64,000 nucleotides of DNA. Source: Candidatus Geohabitans tengchongensis. Its GTDB lineage: Bacteria > Sysuimicrobiota > Sysuimicrobiia > Sysuimicrobiales > Humicultoraceae. Numbering within the stretch: the first letter of the stretch is position 1; each line of letters starts with the position of its first letter. Below the pieces are notes generated by a model. That model made no database searches, was not told the origin of the DNA, and worked only from the letters and a program-made list of their open reading frames with translations. The DNA is taken from positions 21,031-85,030 of the forward strand of contig JAVKIH010000011.1 of the NCBI GenBank assembly GCA_031459625.1, read 5' to 3'. Both the position numbers and the translations under genes were made by a program. Shown one piece after another: positions 9,321-19,223 of this stretch.

Positions 9321-9983
9321 ATGAGCAGGAACGGGTTCTACACCGTTACGGGGATGAAGCAGGGGTCCTCGTTCGTCGAAGCCTACGGCTTGCTGGTGGT
9401 CAACCTGATCCTGGGGCACAACGGCACCCCGGTTCACTGCCTGGCCGTCACGGCGGCACGTGAGGGAGACGGGGCCACCACCACGGCGGTGAACATCGGG
9501 CTCACCCTGGCGCAGATCGGCCGTGCCACACTCCTGGTGGAGGCCAACCTGCGCACGCCAGCCTTTGAGAAAGTCTTCAAGCTGAAGGACGGTCCGGGCC
9601 TGGTTGACGTGCTGACCGGGGCGAAGCCGGTGAAGGAGGCCGTCCGGCCGACCGGAACCGCCAACCTGTCCGTGCTGACGGCCGGCAAGCCCAAGGGCTC
9701 TCCGCACGCACTGCTCGACCCCCGGCGGATCGAGACCCTGGTGCAGCAGCTGCGACAGGGATACGACTTCGTGGTCTTCGATACCGCGGCACTGTTGAAG
9801 TACCCGGACACCCTCAACCTGGTGAGGGCGGTGGATGGCATTCTCCTGGTGGTCCCGGTGCATGACGCCTCGGGACGGACTCAGCAGGAGATGCGCCGGC
9901 GGCTGGAGCGGGTTGAAGCCAAGGTGCTCGGGGCGGTGCTGAACCGCGTGCCACCGGCTCAGGTGGCGGCGGTCATGGGCTGA
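9321..9983 (+). CDS. CpsD/CapB-family BY-kinase domain protein with degenerate catalytic motifs
   Basis: CpsD layout recognisable (VTAAREGDGATT, LLVEANLR, FDFV-like YDFVVFDT, LGAVLN); GAGGAGG RBS. Confidence 0.85.
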   Translation: MSRNGFYTVTGMKQGSSFVEAYGLLVVNLILGHNGTPVHCLAVTAAREGDGATTTAVNIGLTLAQIGRATLLVEANLRTPAFEKVFKLKDGPGLVDVLTGAKPVKEAVRPTGTANLSVLTAGKPKGSPHALLDPRRIETLVQQLRQGYDFVVFDTAALLKYPDTLNLVRAVDGILLVVPVHDASGRTQQEMRRRLERVEAKVLGAVLNRVPPAQVAAVMG

Positions 9984-10011
9984 GACGGGACTGGAGGCCA
10001 GCGTCGCGACC

Positions 10012-10518
10012 GTGAGCTGCGCCTGGTATGCCGTTCAGACCAAGCCCCGGGCCGAGGAGCGCGTCTCGCGCTGGCTGCGCGAGCGTCACCACATTCGGGT
10101 CTTCCTGCCCAAGCTCGCCGTGCCCAAGTGGCGGCGCCAGCGACGCGTCACGGTCATCGAGACGCTCTTCCCGTCGTACCTGTTCGTGTGGATGTCGCTG
10201 GATCCGGGACCCTGGTACGCCGTGAAGTGGACGCCGGGGGTCCGGGCCATCGTCACCACCGGTGAGGTGCCGGTGCCTGTCCCCGACGAAGCCATCCATT
10301 TCCTGATGGATCGGTCGGTGGACGGCGGCGTGATCCCCTGGCAGCCGCGGTACCCGGCCGGGTCCACTGTGCGCGTGCTGCGCGGACCGTTTGCCGGCCT
10401 GGTGGGCATCCTGGAACGCCCCACCACCAGGCAGGAACGCGTCCGGGTGCTGCTGAGCCTCCTGGGCCGGCCGACGCCGGTGGAGGTGGACATCCTGGAT
10501 CTCGAGGAGGTCTCCTGA
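10012..10518 (+). CDS. NusG-family antitermination paralogue (RfaH/UpxY/LoaP-like)
   Basis: WYAVQTKP..E, LFPSYLFV, TPGV, KOW motif VRVLRGPFAGLVG. Confidence 0.9.
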   Translation: MSCAWYAVQTKPRAEERVSRWLRERHHIRVFLPKLAVPKWRRQRRVTVIETLFPSYLFVWMSLDPGPWYAVKWTPGVRAIVTTGEVPVPVPDEAIHFLMDRSVDGGVIPWQPRYPAGSTVRVLRGPFAGLVGILERPTTRQERVRVLLSLLGRPTPVEVDILDLEEVS

Positions 10519-10630
10519 CCGCTCCCGCCTCGGGAGTGTGGTCGGCACCGCGTAGACCACAACCTCCTCGCCACGTCGGGTGGAGAGTCCGACCACCCAA
10601 CGGCGGAGCCATGCCCCTGACACCATCGCC

Positions 10631-11965
10631 ATGGCCACGCTGACCCGCGCGACCCACCGACCGATCCGCTCCTTCGACGAGCGGGTACGGGCCCGCCAGG
10701 CCACGGTGGCGGTGGTCGGACTCGGGTATGTCGGCCTGCCGCTGGCCGTGGCGTATGCCGAGGCCGGCTTCCCCGTGGTAGGCGTCGACATCGACCCCGA
10801 CAAGGTGGCCACGGTGAATGCCGGGCGCTCGCCCATCGGTGAAGTCTCCGACGCCACCATGGCTCAGGTCGTGGCCCACGGTCGCCTGCGAGCCACCGGC
10901 ACCGCTGAAGCCCTGGCCGGGGCGGACGTGATCTTCATCTGCGTGCCCACGCCCTGCACGCGCAACAAGGAGCCGGACACGACCTTCATCCGCCAGGCGG
11001 CCGAGGGAATCGCTGCGCATGCTCGTCCCGACCAGCTCGTCATCCTCCGCAGTACGAGCTACCCCGGGACGACCGAGGAGCTGGTGCGGCCGGCACTGGA
11101 GCAGCGGGGGTGGCGGGTGGGTCGCGACCTCTTCCTGGCCTTCGCCCCCGAACGAGTGGACCCGGGACGTCGCGACTACGGGATCCGCAACACGCCCGTG
11201 CTCGTGGGCGGGTGCGACCCCGAGAGCACCCGGCGGGCCAGGCTGGTGCTCAGCCAGGTGACGGACCGCGTCGTCTCGATGTCCTCGCCGGCGGCGGCCG
11301 AGATGGCCAAGCTGCTGGAGAACGTCTTCCGCAATGTGAACATCGCGCTGGTGAACCAGCTGGCCGTGCTCTGCGACCGGATGGGGCTGAACATCTGGGA
11401 GATCGTCGACGCCGCGGCCACCAAGCCCTACGGCTTCCTGGCCTTCCGCCCCGGGCCGGGCGTGGGGGGGCACTGCATTCCGGTCGACCCGTACTACCTG
11501 GCCTGGAAGGCCCGGGAGTACGACTTCCACATGGACTTCATCGAGCTGGCGGCCCGCATCAACGACGACATGCCCTATTACGTCGCCAACAAACTCATCC
11601 TCGCCCTCAATGGTGCACGCCCAGGTCGCCGGCGCCGGGTGCTGGTGCTGGGGGTGACGTTCAAGCGGGACGTCGACGACTACCGGGACTCCCCGGCGCT
11701 GAAGGTCATCGAGCTGCTCACGAAAGCGGGCGTGCAGGTGGACTACTACGACCCCTATGTGGCCGTCCTGCCGCTGAACGGGAGGACGCTGCGGCGGCGG
11801 CCACTCACCCCGCAGCTCCTGCGGGCGGTGGACTGCGTGGCCATCCTCACGGACCACTCCACCGTCGACTACGCTCGGGTCGTCCGCCACGCCCGCAGGG
11901 TCTTTGACGCCCGGAATGCCACTGCCCACGTCCGCCGGGAGCGCGACAAGATCATCACCCTCTGA
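10631..11965 (+). CDS. Nucleotide-sugar 6-dehydrogenase (UDP-GlcNAc dehydrogenase, WbpA/TviB-like)
   Basis: GLGYVGLPLA, CVPTP, PERVDPG, KLLENVFR, PGPGVGGHCIPVDP, DYRDSP; alternative GTG start at 10580. Confidence 0.92.
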   Translation: MATLTRATHRPIRSFDERVRARQATVAVVGLGYVGLPLAVAYAEAGFPVVGVDIDPDKVATVNAGRSPIGEVSDATMAQVVAHGRLRATGTAEALAGADVIFICVPTPCTRNKEPDTTFIRQAAEGIAAHARPDQLVILRSTSYPGTTEELVRPALEQRGWRVGRDLFLAFAPERVDPGRRDYGIRNTPVLVGGCDPESTRRARLVLSQVTDRVVSMSSPAAAEMAKLLENVFRNVNIALVNQLAVLCDRMGLNIWEIVDAAATKPYGFLAFRPGPGVGGHCIPVDPYYLAWKAREYDFHMDFIELAARINDDMPYYVANKLILALNGARPGRRRRVLVLGVTFKRDVDDYRDSPALKVIELLTKAGVQVDYYDPYVAVLPLNGRTLRRRPLTPQLLRAVDCVAILTDHSTVDYARVVRHARRVFDARNATAHVRRERDKIITL

Positions 11966-13163
11966 CCCCCGCCAGGCCCCGGCGCCGCTCGGGGCCGGGC
12001 CGGCCGTCCTGCAGGTCATCCAGGAGGGGACGCTGCGCGGGGCTGAGGTCTTCGCCCTGGACCTGTCGGCCGCGCTGCGCCGGGCGGGCTGGTCGGTGGT
12101 GCTGCTGAGTCTCTTCCGGGTCGAGGCGAGTTTCGCCGAGGCGGCTGCCGCGGCAGAGGTGCCGCTCGTGACGGTGGCGGCGGGAGGCCGGGCGGCCGGC
12201 TTCGACCCTCGGGTGCTGGTCGGAGTGCGCAGGCACATCGTGCGCGGGCGGTTCGGCGTGGTCCAGGCCAACGGTGCGGCGACCCTGAAATACCTGGCTG
12301 CGGCCCGGCTGACGGGCCGCGAGCCCTGGACGCTCGTCTACCGGGCCATCGGGATAGGCTCGTTCTGGCGCCGGGGGTGGCGCGGCCGCCTCTACCGTCC
12401 GTTGCTGCAGCGGCCCCACCGGATCGTCGCGGTCTCCGGGGCGGTGCGGGACGACCTGACGGCCTCGGGGGTTTCGCCGCAGCGGGTCGTGGTGATTCCG
12501 AACGCGGTGGACCCCGCCCGCCTGGCCGGCCACCCGCTAGAGCGGGCTGCCGTCCGCTCCCGCCTGGGCATCGGGGAGGAGGAGCGCGTCCTGGTCTACG
12601 CAGGGAGCTTTTCGCCCGAAAAACAGGTCCCCGCTGTCCTCGAAGTGGTTCGGCGGTGCCGTGCCAGCGGCCTCCCGGTGCGTGCGATCCTCGTCGGGGA
12701 CGGCCCCGAGCGCGGTGTCCTGGCAGAGGCGCTGGGCCACGACGGTCTGCGGCAGGCTGTCGCGCTCCTGCCACCCCACCCGCGCGTGGCGCCGTTCCTG
12801 CGCGCAGCCGACCTCTGCCTGCTGCCCAGCCGGACAGAGGGCATGCCCGCGCTGCTCATCGAGGCCGGCCTCCTCGGCGTCCCCGCCGTCGCCTACCGCG
12901 TGGGCGGGGTGGGGGAGGTGGTCGAGAACGGCGTCACCGGCACCCTGGTCCCGCCGGGAGACCTCTCCGGGCTGGCGGCCGCCGTCATGGCCCTCCTGCG
13001 CGATGACGCCCGCCGTCAGGCCATGGGGCGGGCCGCGGTCGCCCGCTGCCGGCGGTTTACGATCGACGCGGTGGCCAGCACCTATGCGGCGCTCTACCAG
13101 GGCCTGATGCCCCATGGGGTCGGGCGCCCATCTACAGGCGATGGAGCGGGGCGATGGGCGTGA
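11916..13163 (+). CDS. Glycosyltransferase family 4
   Basis: GAE, IPNAVD, PSRTEGMP..LIEA, VGGVGEVV; start uncertain and overlapping the upstream gene. Confidence 0.88.
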   Translation: MPLPTSAGSATRSSPSDPRQAPAPLGAGPAVLQVIQEGTLRGAEVFALDLSAALRRAGWSVVLLSLFRVEASFAEAAAAAEVPLVTVAAGGRAAGFDPRVLVGVRRHIVRGRFGVVQANGAATLKYLAAARLTGREPWTLVYRAIGIGSFWRRGWRGRLYRPLLQRPHRIVAVSGAVRDDLTASGVSPQRVVVIPNAVDPARLAGHPLERAAVRSRLGIGEEERVLVYAGSFSPEKQVPAVLEVVRRCRASGLPVRAILVGDGPERGVLAEALGHDGLRQAVALLPPHPRVAPFLRAADLCLLPSRTEGMPALLIEAGLLGVPAVAYRVGGVGEVVENGVTGTLVPPGDLSGLAAAVMALLRDDARRQAMGRAAVARCRRFTIDAVASTYAALYQGLMPHGVGRPSTGDGAGRWA

Positions 13164-14281
13164 CACCGCACCGCCTGCGGGTGCTGCTGGTGATCAAAGG
13201 GCTGGGCGTGGGAGGTGCGGAGCGGCTCCTCGAGCGGGCCATCCCCTACCTGGACCGGGAAACCTTCGAGTACCAGGTGGCCTATCTGCTGCCCTGGAAG
13301 GATGCCCTCGTCCCGCCGTTCCGGGCCGCCGGCATCCCGGTGCACTGCCTGGAGTACCGCGCTCCGCTGGACCTGCGCGTGATCCGTCGGTTCCGTGCCC
13401 TCGTTCGGCGTGAGCGGTTCGCCCTGGTCCACGCTCACCTCCCTGTGGCCGGGCTGCTGGCACGGCTGGGCCGGCGCCTGGGAGATGTCCCGCGGGTGAT
13501 CTACACCGAGCACGGCCTGCCGTCCCACTATCGCTGGCCCACCCGGTGGGCCAACGTCCTCACCTACCGGTGGGCTGACGCCGTGATCGCGGTCTCCGAG
13601 GCGGTGGCCGCGGGCGTGCGTCCCTACATCAAGGGGGACCGTCCGCGCCTGGTGACGATCGTGAACGCGGTCGACGCCGACGGGATGACGACCACCCCGG
13701 AAAGCCGTGAGGCGGTACGCAGGGAATTCGGGATCCCGGCGGACGCACCGCTCGTCGTAACGGTCGGCAATCTCCGTCCGGTCAAGGGCCACGCCGTGCT
13801 GCTGACGGCGGCGCGGCGGGTGCTGGCGGCCGAGCCCCGGGCGCGTTTCCTCATCGTGGGGGTGGGCCCATTGGCTGAGCACCTGCCGCGGGAGGCCCGG
13901 CGCCTCGGGCTGGATGGCCAGGTGATCTTCACGGGCTTCCGCGCCGATGCGACCTCGATTATCGCGGCGTCGGACGTCTACGTCCTGCCATCGCTCGACG
14001 AGGGGCTCCCCGTCAGCCTGCTAGAGGCGATGGCCCTGGGGCGGGCGGTCGTGGCTACGCGCGTCGGCGGGATTCCCGAGGTCGTCCTCCCGGACCGCAC
14101 CGGGATTCTGGTGGAGCCCAACGACCCGGAGCGCCTGGCCTGGGAAGTGCTGGGACTGCTGCAGACCCCCGAGCGTCGTCGGCAACTGGGCGAGGCCGCA
14201 CAGGCGGCGGCCCGACAGCGGTACGGTATGGGGCCCATGGTGACGGCCATCGAGCAGCTCTACCGGGAGGTGGTCGCGTAA
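13154..14281 (+). CDS. Glycosyltransferase family 4
   Basis: GGAERL, KGH, PSLDEGLPVSLLEAM, VGGIPE. Confidence 0.92.
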   Translation: MGVTPHRLRVLLVIKGLGVGGAERLLERAIPYLDRETFEYQVAYLLPWKDALVPPFRAAGIPVHCLEYRAPLDLRVIRRFRALVRRERFALVHAHLPVAGLLARLGRRLGDVPRVIYTEHGLPSHYRWPTRWANVLTYRWADAVIAVSEAVAAGVRPYIKGDRPRLVTIVNAVDADGMTTTPESREAVRREFGIPADAPLVVTVGNLRPVKGHAVLLTAARRVLAAEPRARFLIVGVGPLAEHLPREARRLGLDGQVIFTGFRADATSIIAASDVYVLPSLDEGLPVSLLEAMALGRAVVATRVGGIPEVVLPDRTGILVEPNDPERLAWEVLGLLQTPERRRQLGEAAQAAARQRYGMGPMVTAIEQLYREVVA

Positions 14282-15279
14282 TGCCGCGGCCGGCCTTCCT
14301 GGTCACGATCGACACCGAGGCCGACGACCTCTGGGCCCGGCCGCGGCACCTCACGACGCGCAACACGGCGGCGCTGCCGCGCTTCCAGGCGCTCTGTGAG
14401 CGCTACGGGATCCGCCCGACCTACCTGGCGACCTACGAGGTGGCTGTGGACCCGGTCTTCCGCGACTTCGGGCTCGACCTGCTGCGCCGCGGGGCAGGGG
14501 AGATCGGCATGCACCTCCACGCCTGGACCACTCCGCCGATCGTCCCGCTGACGGACGACGACCTGACCGCGCAGCCGTACTTGATCGAGCACGACACCGA
14601 GGTCATGCGGCTGAAGATCGGCACGCTGACCCGGCTGCTCGAAGAGACATTCGGCCGCCGCCCCGTGAGCCACCGCGCCGGCCGCTGGGCTCTGGACGCC
14701 CGCTATGCCCGTCTCCTGGTGGAGTTCGGCTACCGGGTCGACGCCACGGTCACGCCCCACGTCTCCTGGCAGGACCACCGGGGGGCTCACGGGGGCGGGC
14801 CAGATTACCGGGGCTTCCTCTCGACGCCGTACTTCGTCGACCTCGAGGACATCCGCCGGCCCGGGGCCTCGCCGCTCCTCGAAGTCCCGGTGACCGTGCT
14901 CCCGCGCTCACGCCCGCGCCCGGCGGCCCTGGAGCGGCTTTTCGCCCGCAGCCGTACGGGCCGCCGCCTGCTGGACCGGTACCTGCCTGCGGTCTGGTGG
15001 CTGCGCCCCAACGGACGGAACGGGGGGCGGCTGCTCGAGATCGTCCAGCGGGGCATCGACCGCGGCGTGGCGCACCTGACGATGGTCCTGCACTCCTCGG
15101 AACTGGCGGTCGGCCAGAGCCGGGTGTCGCGCACCCGCAAGGCCCTGGAAGACCTCTACCGCGACCTGGAGCGCCTCTTCGCCGCAGCATCCCGGTCTTG
15201 CTGGCCGGCCACGCTGGCGGAATTCTCCGCCGCCTGGGCGGGGCGGATGGCGCCGGTCGGCGCGGCCGCAGTGGGATGA
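14281..15279 (+). CDS. Polysaccharide deacetylase (WalW-like)
   Basis: TIDTEAD, GMHLHAW, SHRAGRW, LEVPVT, HSSEL. Confidence 0.82.
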   Translation: MPRPAFLVTIDTEADDLWARPRHLTTRNTAALPRFQALCERYGIRPTYLATYEVAVDPVFRDFGLDLLRRGAGEIGMHLHAWTTPPIVPLTDDDLTAQPYLIEHDTEVMRLKIGTLTRLLEETFGRRPVSHRAGRWALDARYARLLVEFGYRVDATVTPHVSWQDHRGAHGGGPDYRGFLSTPYFVDLEDIRRPGASPLLEVPVTVLPRSRPRPAALERLFARSRTGRRLLDRYLPAVWWLRPNGRNGGRLLEIVQRGIDRGVAHLTMVLHSSELAVGQSRVSRTRKALEDLYRDLERLFAAASRSCWPATLAEFSAAWAGRMAPVGAAAVG

Positions 15280-16340
15280 GTACCGGGTTCGCCCTGCGTG
15301 CCTACCAGCCCGGGGATGAGGCGGCGGTCCTGGCGCTGCTCCGGCAGGTCCTGGGCGAGGGCGGCCGGGCATTCGAGCGCACGGAGGCCTTCTGGCACTG
15401 GAAGCACGAGGCCAACGTCTTCGGCCGGTCCATCCTCATGCTCGCCACACAGGACGAAGTCGTCGGGGTGCGGGCCTTCATGCGGTGGCGCTTCCGGTCG
15501 GCCCACGGCCCGCTCGGCGCCGTGCGCGCCGTGGACACGGCCACCCACCCGCGGGCGCGCCGTCGGGGCGTCTTCTCCACCCTGACGCGCGCCGCCGTGG
15601 CGCAGGCGGAAGCGGCGGGGGTGGACCTGATCTTCAACACTCCCAACCGCCTTAGCCTCCCCGGGTACCTGAAGCTCGGCTGGACGCGGGTAGGGCGTCC
15701 CCTCTTGCTCGTCCGGCTCGTCCGCCCCCTGCGCGTGCTCGCCGCAGTACGCGCCCGCCGGACCCCGGCCCGGCCGCATGCCTACACCCCCGGGCACGAG
15801 GTCGTCGGCCGGAACGGCGCCACCCCGGACGCGCCCGGCGACCTGCCGCAGGTGCGCGAGTGGCTGCAGGCCTTCGACGTCGAGAGGCTGCTGGCCGAGG
15901 CAGACCGCCTGGAGGGGGAGGGGATCCGCACCGACCGGTCCGTCGCCTGGCTGCGCTGGCGCTACGCGGAGGCGCCGACGCTTCCCTACCAGGCCGTCTG
16001 GACGACCGATCCGGGACCTGCGGTGCTCGTGGTGCGGATGGGCGCGCGGGGAGGCCTGCGGGAAGCGATGCTGAGCGAGGTCCTGGCCTCGCCGCGCGGG
16101 GTCTCCGCGCTGGGGAAGCTGGTGCGCTGGGTGGTGGCGGCGGCCGCGCCAGACTACCTGGTGGCGCACGCACCCTGGGGCTCCGTGCGCTGCCGTGCAC
16201 TGCTGCGCGCCGGGTTCGTGCCGCTGCCGTGGGTCGGTCCCGTCCTCACGGTGCGGCCGCTCAGCGCCACGGCGCGGGCCGCCGGGCTCAACCGACCCGG
16301 CGCCTGGCAGCTCTCCCTGGGAGACCTGGAGATCTTTTGA
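15276..16340 (+). CDS. GNAT-family N-acyltransferase
   Basis: DTATHPRARRRGVF, NTPN..SLPGYLKLGW, R...WLRWRY; ATGA overlap. Confidence 0.85.
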   Translation: MSTGFALRAYQPGDEAAVLALLRQVLGEGGRAFERTEAFWHWKHEANVFGRSILMLATQDEVVGVRAFMRWRFRSAHGPLGAVRAVDTATHPRARRRGVFSTLTRAAVAQAEAAGVDLIFNTPNRLSLPGYLKLGWTRVGRPLLLVRLVRPLRVLAAVRARRTPARPHAYTPGHEVVGRNGATPDAPGDLPQVREWLQAFDVERLLAEADRLEGEGIRTDRSVAWLRWRYAEAPTLPYQAVWTTDPGPAVLVVRMGARGGLREAMLSEVLASPRGVSALGKLVRWVVAAAAPDYLVAHAPWGSVRCRALLRAGFVPLPWVGPVLTVRPLSATARAAGLNRPGAWQLSLGDLEIF

Positions 16341-16368
16341 GGCCTACAGCCGGCCGAGGAGGGTGCTC

Positions 16369-17709
16369 ATGAGCTCCGTCGTCTTCTCCCGCTCCACGGT
16401 GCGCACGGTCCTGGCACTGCCGCTCTTCGCGGCCGCGGCGCTGGGGGTAGGGCTGCTGCTGGGGTCCAAGGACCTGGAGGCCACGCGCGCCGCCACCATC
16501 CTCACCGTGCTGGTGGCGACCTCCCTCGTCCTCTTCACCCGTGTGGCGTCCCGGGACCCGCTGGGACGGGCGCTCCTGGTCGTGCTGTGGCTGAGCTTCG
16601 CGCTGAAGCTGGGGGCGATGACCTACCGCTTCCTGGGCGGCCTGCTGGCCGATGCCTTCGCCTACAACAACGCCGGCCAGCGGATCGCCGAAGAGCTGGC
16701 CCGCGGAGAGTGGCCGCAGCTGGGCGAGTACGGGACGGCCTACATCCGGCTCCTGGCCGGCCTGGTCTACTACGCCTTCGGCGTGAGCTTCTCCGGCATC
16801 TCCATCCTCTGGACCTGGCTCGGCATGGTGGGGCTGCTCTTCTTCTACCTGGCGTTCCGCATGGCGTTCCCGCTCGGGCACCACCGGCTGTACATGCTGC
16901 TGATCTTCCTCTTCCCGTCGATGCTGCTCTGGACCAGCAGCCTGGGGAAAGACGCCCTCATGGTCCTCTTCCTCGGCATGGCGGCATACGGTGCCGCCCG
17001 CCTGCGCCACGGTCTCGGCCTCCCGGCGGTCGGATGGCTGGCGCTGGGCCTGTTGGGCATGCTGCCGATCCGCCCGCACCTCGCGGCTGTCTTCGCGGTG
17101 GCGCTGGCGGCCTCATCCCTCATCCTGCCCATCCGGGCGGGGCTCCTCACCCCGATCCTCCGGGTGGCCGGGATCGGCGTGGTGGCGGCGGTCTCGGTGT
17201 TGATCGTGAGCACGGCCCGCGGGTACGTGGGGCTGGAGGAGCTGGGGACGGAGGAGGTCTTCGCCTTCATCGAGCGGCAGCAGGAGTTCACCGCCAGATT
17301 CGGCGAGTCGGGGTTCCAGCAGGTGAACCCCCGCTCGCCGGTGGGGGTCGCCCTGGCCATCCCCACAGTGCTCTTCCGGCCCTTCCCCTGGGAGGCGCAC
17401 AACGCCAACGCCCGCCTGGCGGCCGCGGAAGGCTTCGCGCTGCTGCTCCTGACCCTCTACCGCCTGCGGAGCGTCCGGGCCGCGCTGGGGGCGGTCTTCC
17501 GCCACAGCTACGTGCTTATGGTTGTCGTCTACGCCCTGCTCTTCATCTTCTTCTTCACGGCCATCGGCAACTTCGGGATCATCGCCCGGCAACGGGCGCA
17601 GCTCTTCCCGTTCTTCTTCATGCTCCTGGCCTACCTGCCCCCGACGCCGCGTCGCCCGGCGGCAGCCCGCCTCCAGCACCGGCCGCCCGCGACCAGGACT
17701 GCGCCATGA
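16369..17709 (+). CDS. Multi-TM protein, probable Wzy-type polymerase
   Basis: About 11 TM helices, PSMLLWTSSLGKD, IRPH, RPFPWE, GNFGIIARQR; adjacent to the flippase. Confidence 0.65.
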   Translation: MSSVVFSRSTVRTVLALPLFAAAALGVGLLLGSKDLEATRAATILTVLVATSLVLFTRVASRDPLGRALLVVLWLSFALKLGAMTYRFLGGLLADAFAYNNAGQRIAEELARGEWPQLGEYGTAYIRLLAGLVYYAFGVSFSGISILWTWLGMVGLLFFYLAFRMAFPLGHHRLYMLLIFLFPSMLLWTSSLGKDALMVLFLGMAAYGAARLRHGLGLPAVGWLALGLLGMLPIRPHLAAVFAVALAASSLILPIRAGLLTPILRVAGIGVVAAVSVLIVSTARGYVGLEELGTEEVFAFIERQQEFTARFGESGFQQVNPRSPVGVALAIPTVLFRPFPWEAHNANARLAAAEGFALLLLTLYRLRSVRAALGAVFRHSYVLMVVVYALLFIFFFTAIGNFGIIARQRAQLFPFFFMLLAYLPPTPRRPAAARLQHRPPATRTAP

Positions 17710-19223
17710 GGGTTCCTGCACCTGCAGCGGGACCGCGCCGTGTGGATATCGCGGCGGTGCGGGGGGCGGGATGGCTGGCCATCGACCAGCTGGGCAGCCG
17801 CGTCGTCGACCTGGCGGCGTCCGTGGTCCTGGCCCGCCTCCTCTTCCCGGACGACTACGGGCTGCTGGCCATGGCCGCCACCTCCACCGCCTTCTTCCGG
17901 ATCTTCGCCAACCTGGGGCTGGGGGCGGCCATCGTGCAGCGTCGGGAGGTGGACGACGAGTACCTCTCCACGGCGTTCTGGGCCAACCTGGCGTCCGGGG
18001 CGCTCCTCACCGCCCTCGTGGCCCTCTCGGGGGAGCTCCTGGGGGCCCTGCTGCGCGAGCCGCGCGTGGGCCTCGTCATCCTCTTCCTGTCGTTCCGCTT
18101 CGTGATCGCCGCGGGATCCGCGACGCAGGTGGCGATGATCACCCGCCGCATGGACTTCCGGGCGCTCAGCCTGCGGTCCATCGCCGCCTCGGTCGTGGCC
18201 GGGCTGGCCGGTGTGTTGCTGGCGTGGCACCACCTAGGCGTGTGGGCACTGGTCGGGCGGGAGATCGCCCGGACCGTCACCAGCACCCTCCTGCTCTACC
18301 GGGCGACGGGCTGGGCACCGCGGTTGCGCTTCTCGTGGGCCAAGTTCCTGGACCTGTGGTCGTTTGGCGGGCCGCTGCTGCTGTCGCGCCTCTTTCGCTA
18401 CCTCACCGGCAACATGGACAACATCCTGATCGGCCGCTACCTGGGCTCGGCCGCGCTGGGGCTGTACGCGTTTGCCTACACCATGTTCGCCATCCCTCTC
18501 AACGACTTCAGCGCGGTCGCGCACCGTGTGCTCTTCGCGGCGCTCTCCCGACTCCACACCGACGGAGAGCGGTTCAAGCGCGGCTTCCTGCTGGCGACCC
18601 GCTACGTGACGATGGTGCAGGTGCCCGTCATGACCGGACTGGCCCTCGTCGCGCCGGTGGCCATCCAGGTGGTCTTCGGGCGGCGCTGGGCGCCGGCTGC
18701 ACCGGTGGTCACCGTGCTGGCGCTCACCAGCATCGTGGGGATGATGACGGCCATCGCGCCGAGCGGCCTCCAGGCGGGCGGGCGGGCCGACCTGCAGCTG
18801 CGCCGGAGCTTCCTGGGGGTGCTGCTCTACCTGCCCGCATTCGCCCTGGGGTTGCGCTGGGGCATCCTGGGCGTGGCGATCGGGTCGCTCGCGGCCGGCC
18901 TGGTCCTCCTCCCCGTGGACCTGCGCTACGTCCACGAAACCACAGGGGCCACCGCGCGCGAGCTGCTCGATGCCAGCATGCCCGGCCTGGCGGCGTCCCT
19001 CATCATGGCCGTCATCGTGCTGGCGGGACGCTGGCTGCTGGCCGGACACGGCCTGCCGGGCGTCGTGGTCCTGGCGGTGCTGATCGGGGCCGGCGCCCTG
19101 GCCTACGGCGCCGCGCTGTGGGTCTTCCACCGGGATGCCGTGCGGAGCCTGGCCGCCGTGCTGCGGGACGCCCTGCCGCCGGTGGCCGGCCGGATCCTCG
19201 GCTCCATCGTGCCCGCATCGTGA
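17706..19223 (+). CDS. wzx: Wzx-type polysaccharide flippase
   Basis: LARLLFPDDYG, LGLGAAIVQ, DNILIGRYLG..ALGLY, about 12-14 TM helices. Confidence 0.9.
   Translation: MRVPAPAAGPRRVDIAAVRGAGWLAIDQLGSRVVDLAASVVLARLLFPDDYGLLAMAATSTAFFRIFANLGLGAAIVQRREVDDEYLSTAFWANLASGALLTALVALSGELLGALLREPRVGLVILFLSFRFVIAAGSATQVAMITRRMDFRALSLRSIAASVVAGLAGVLLAWHHLGVWALVGREIARTVTSTLLLYRATGWAPRLRFSWAKFLDLWSFGGPLLLSRLFRYLTGNMDNILIGRYLGSAALGLYAFAYTMFAIPLNDFSAVAHRVLFAALSRLHTDGERFKRGFLLATRYVTMVQVPVMTGLALVAPVAIQVVFGRRWAPAAPVVTVLALTSIVGMMTAIAPSGLQAGGRADLQLRRSFLGVLLYLPAFALGLRWGILGVAIGSLAAGLVLLPVDLRYVHETTGATARELLDASMPGLAASLIMAVIVLAGRWLLAGHGLPGVVVLAVLIGAGALAYGAALWVFHRDAVRSLAAVLRDALPPVAGRILGSIVPAS

Noticed and set aside
16587..17705. 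Long N-terminal extensions in the ORF track (878-aa flippase, 845-aa deacetylase, 702-aa GT4, 660-aa aminotransferase, 559-aa KynA)
   Set aside because: The extensions are off-frame read-through of neighbouring genes; more credible starts lie at overlapping stop/start junctions or after an RBS
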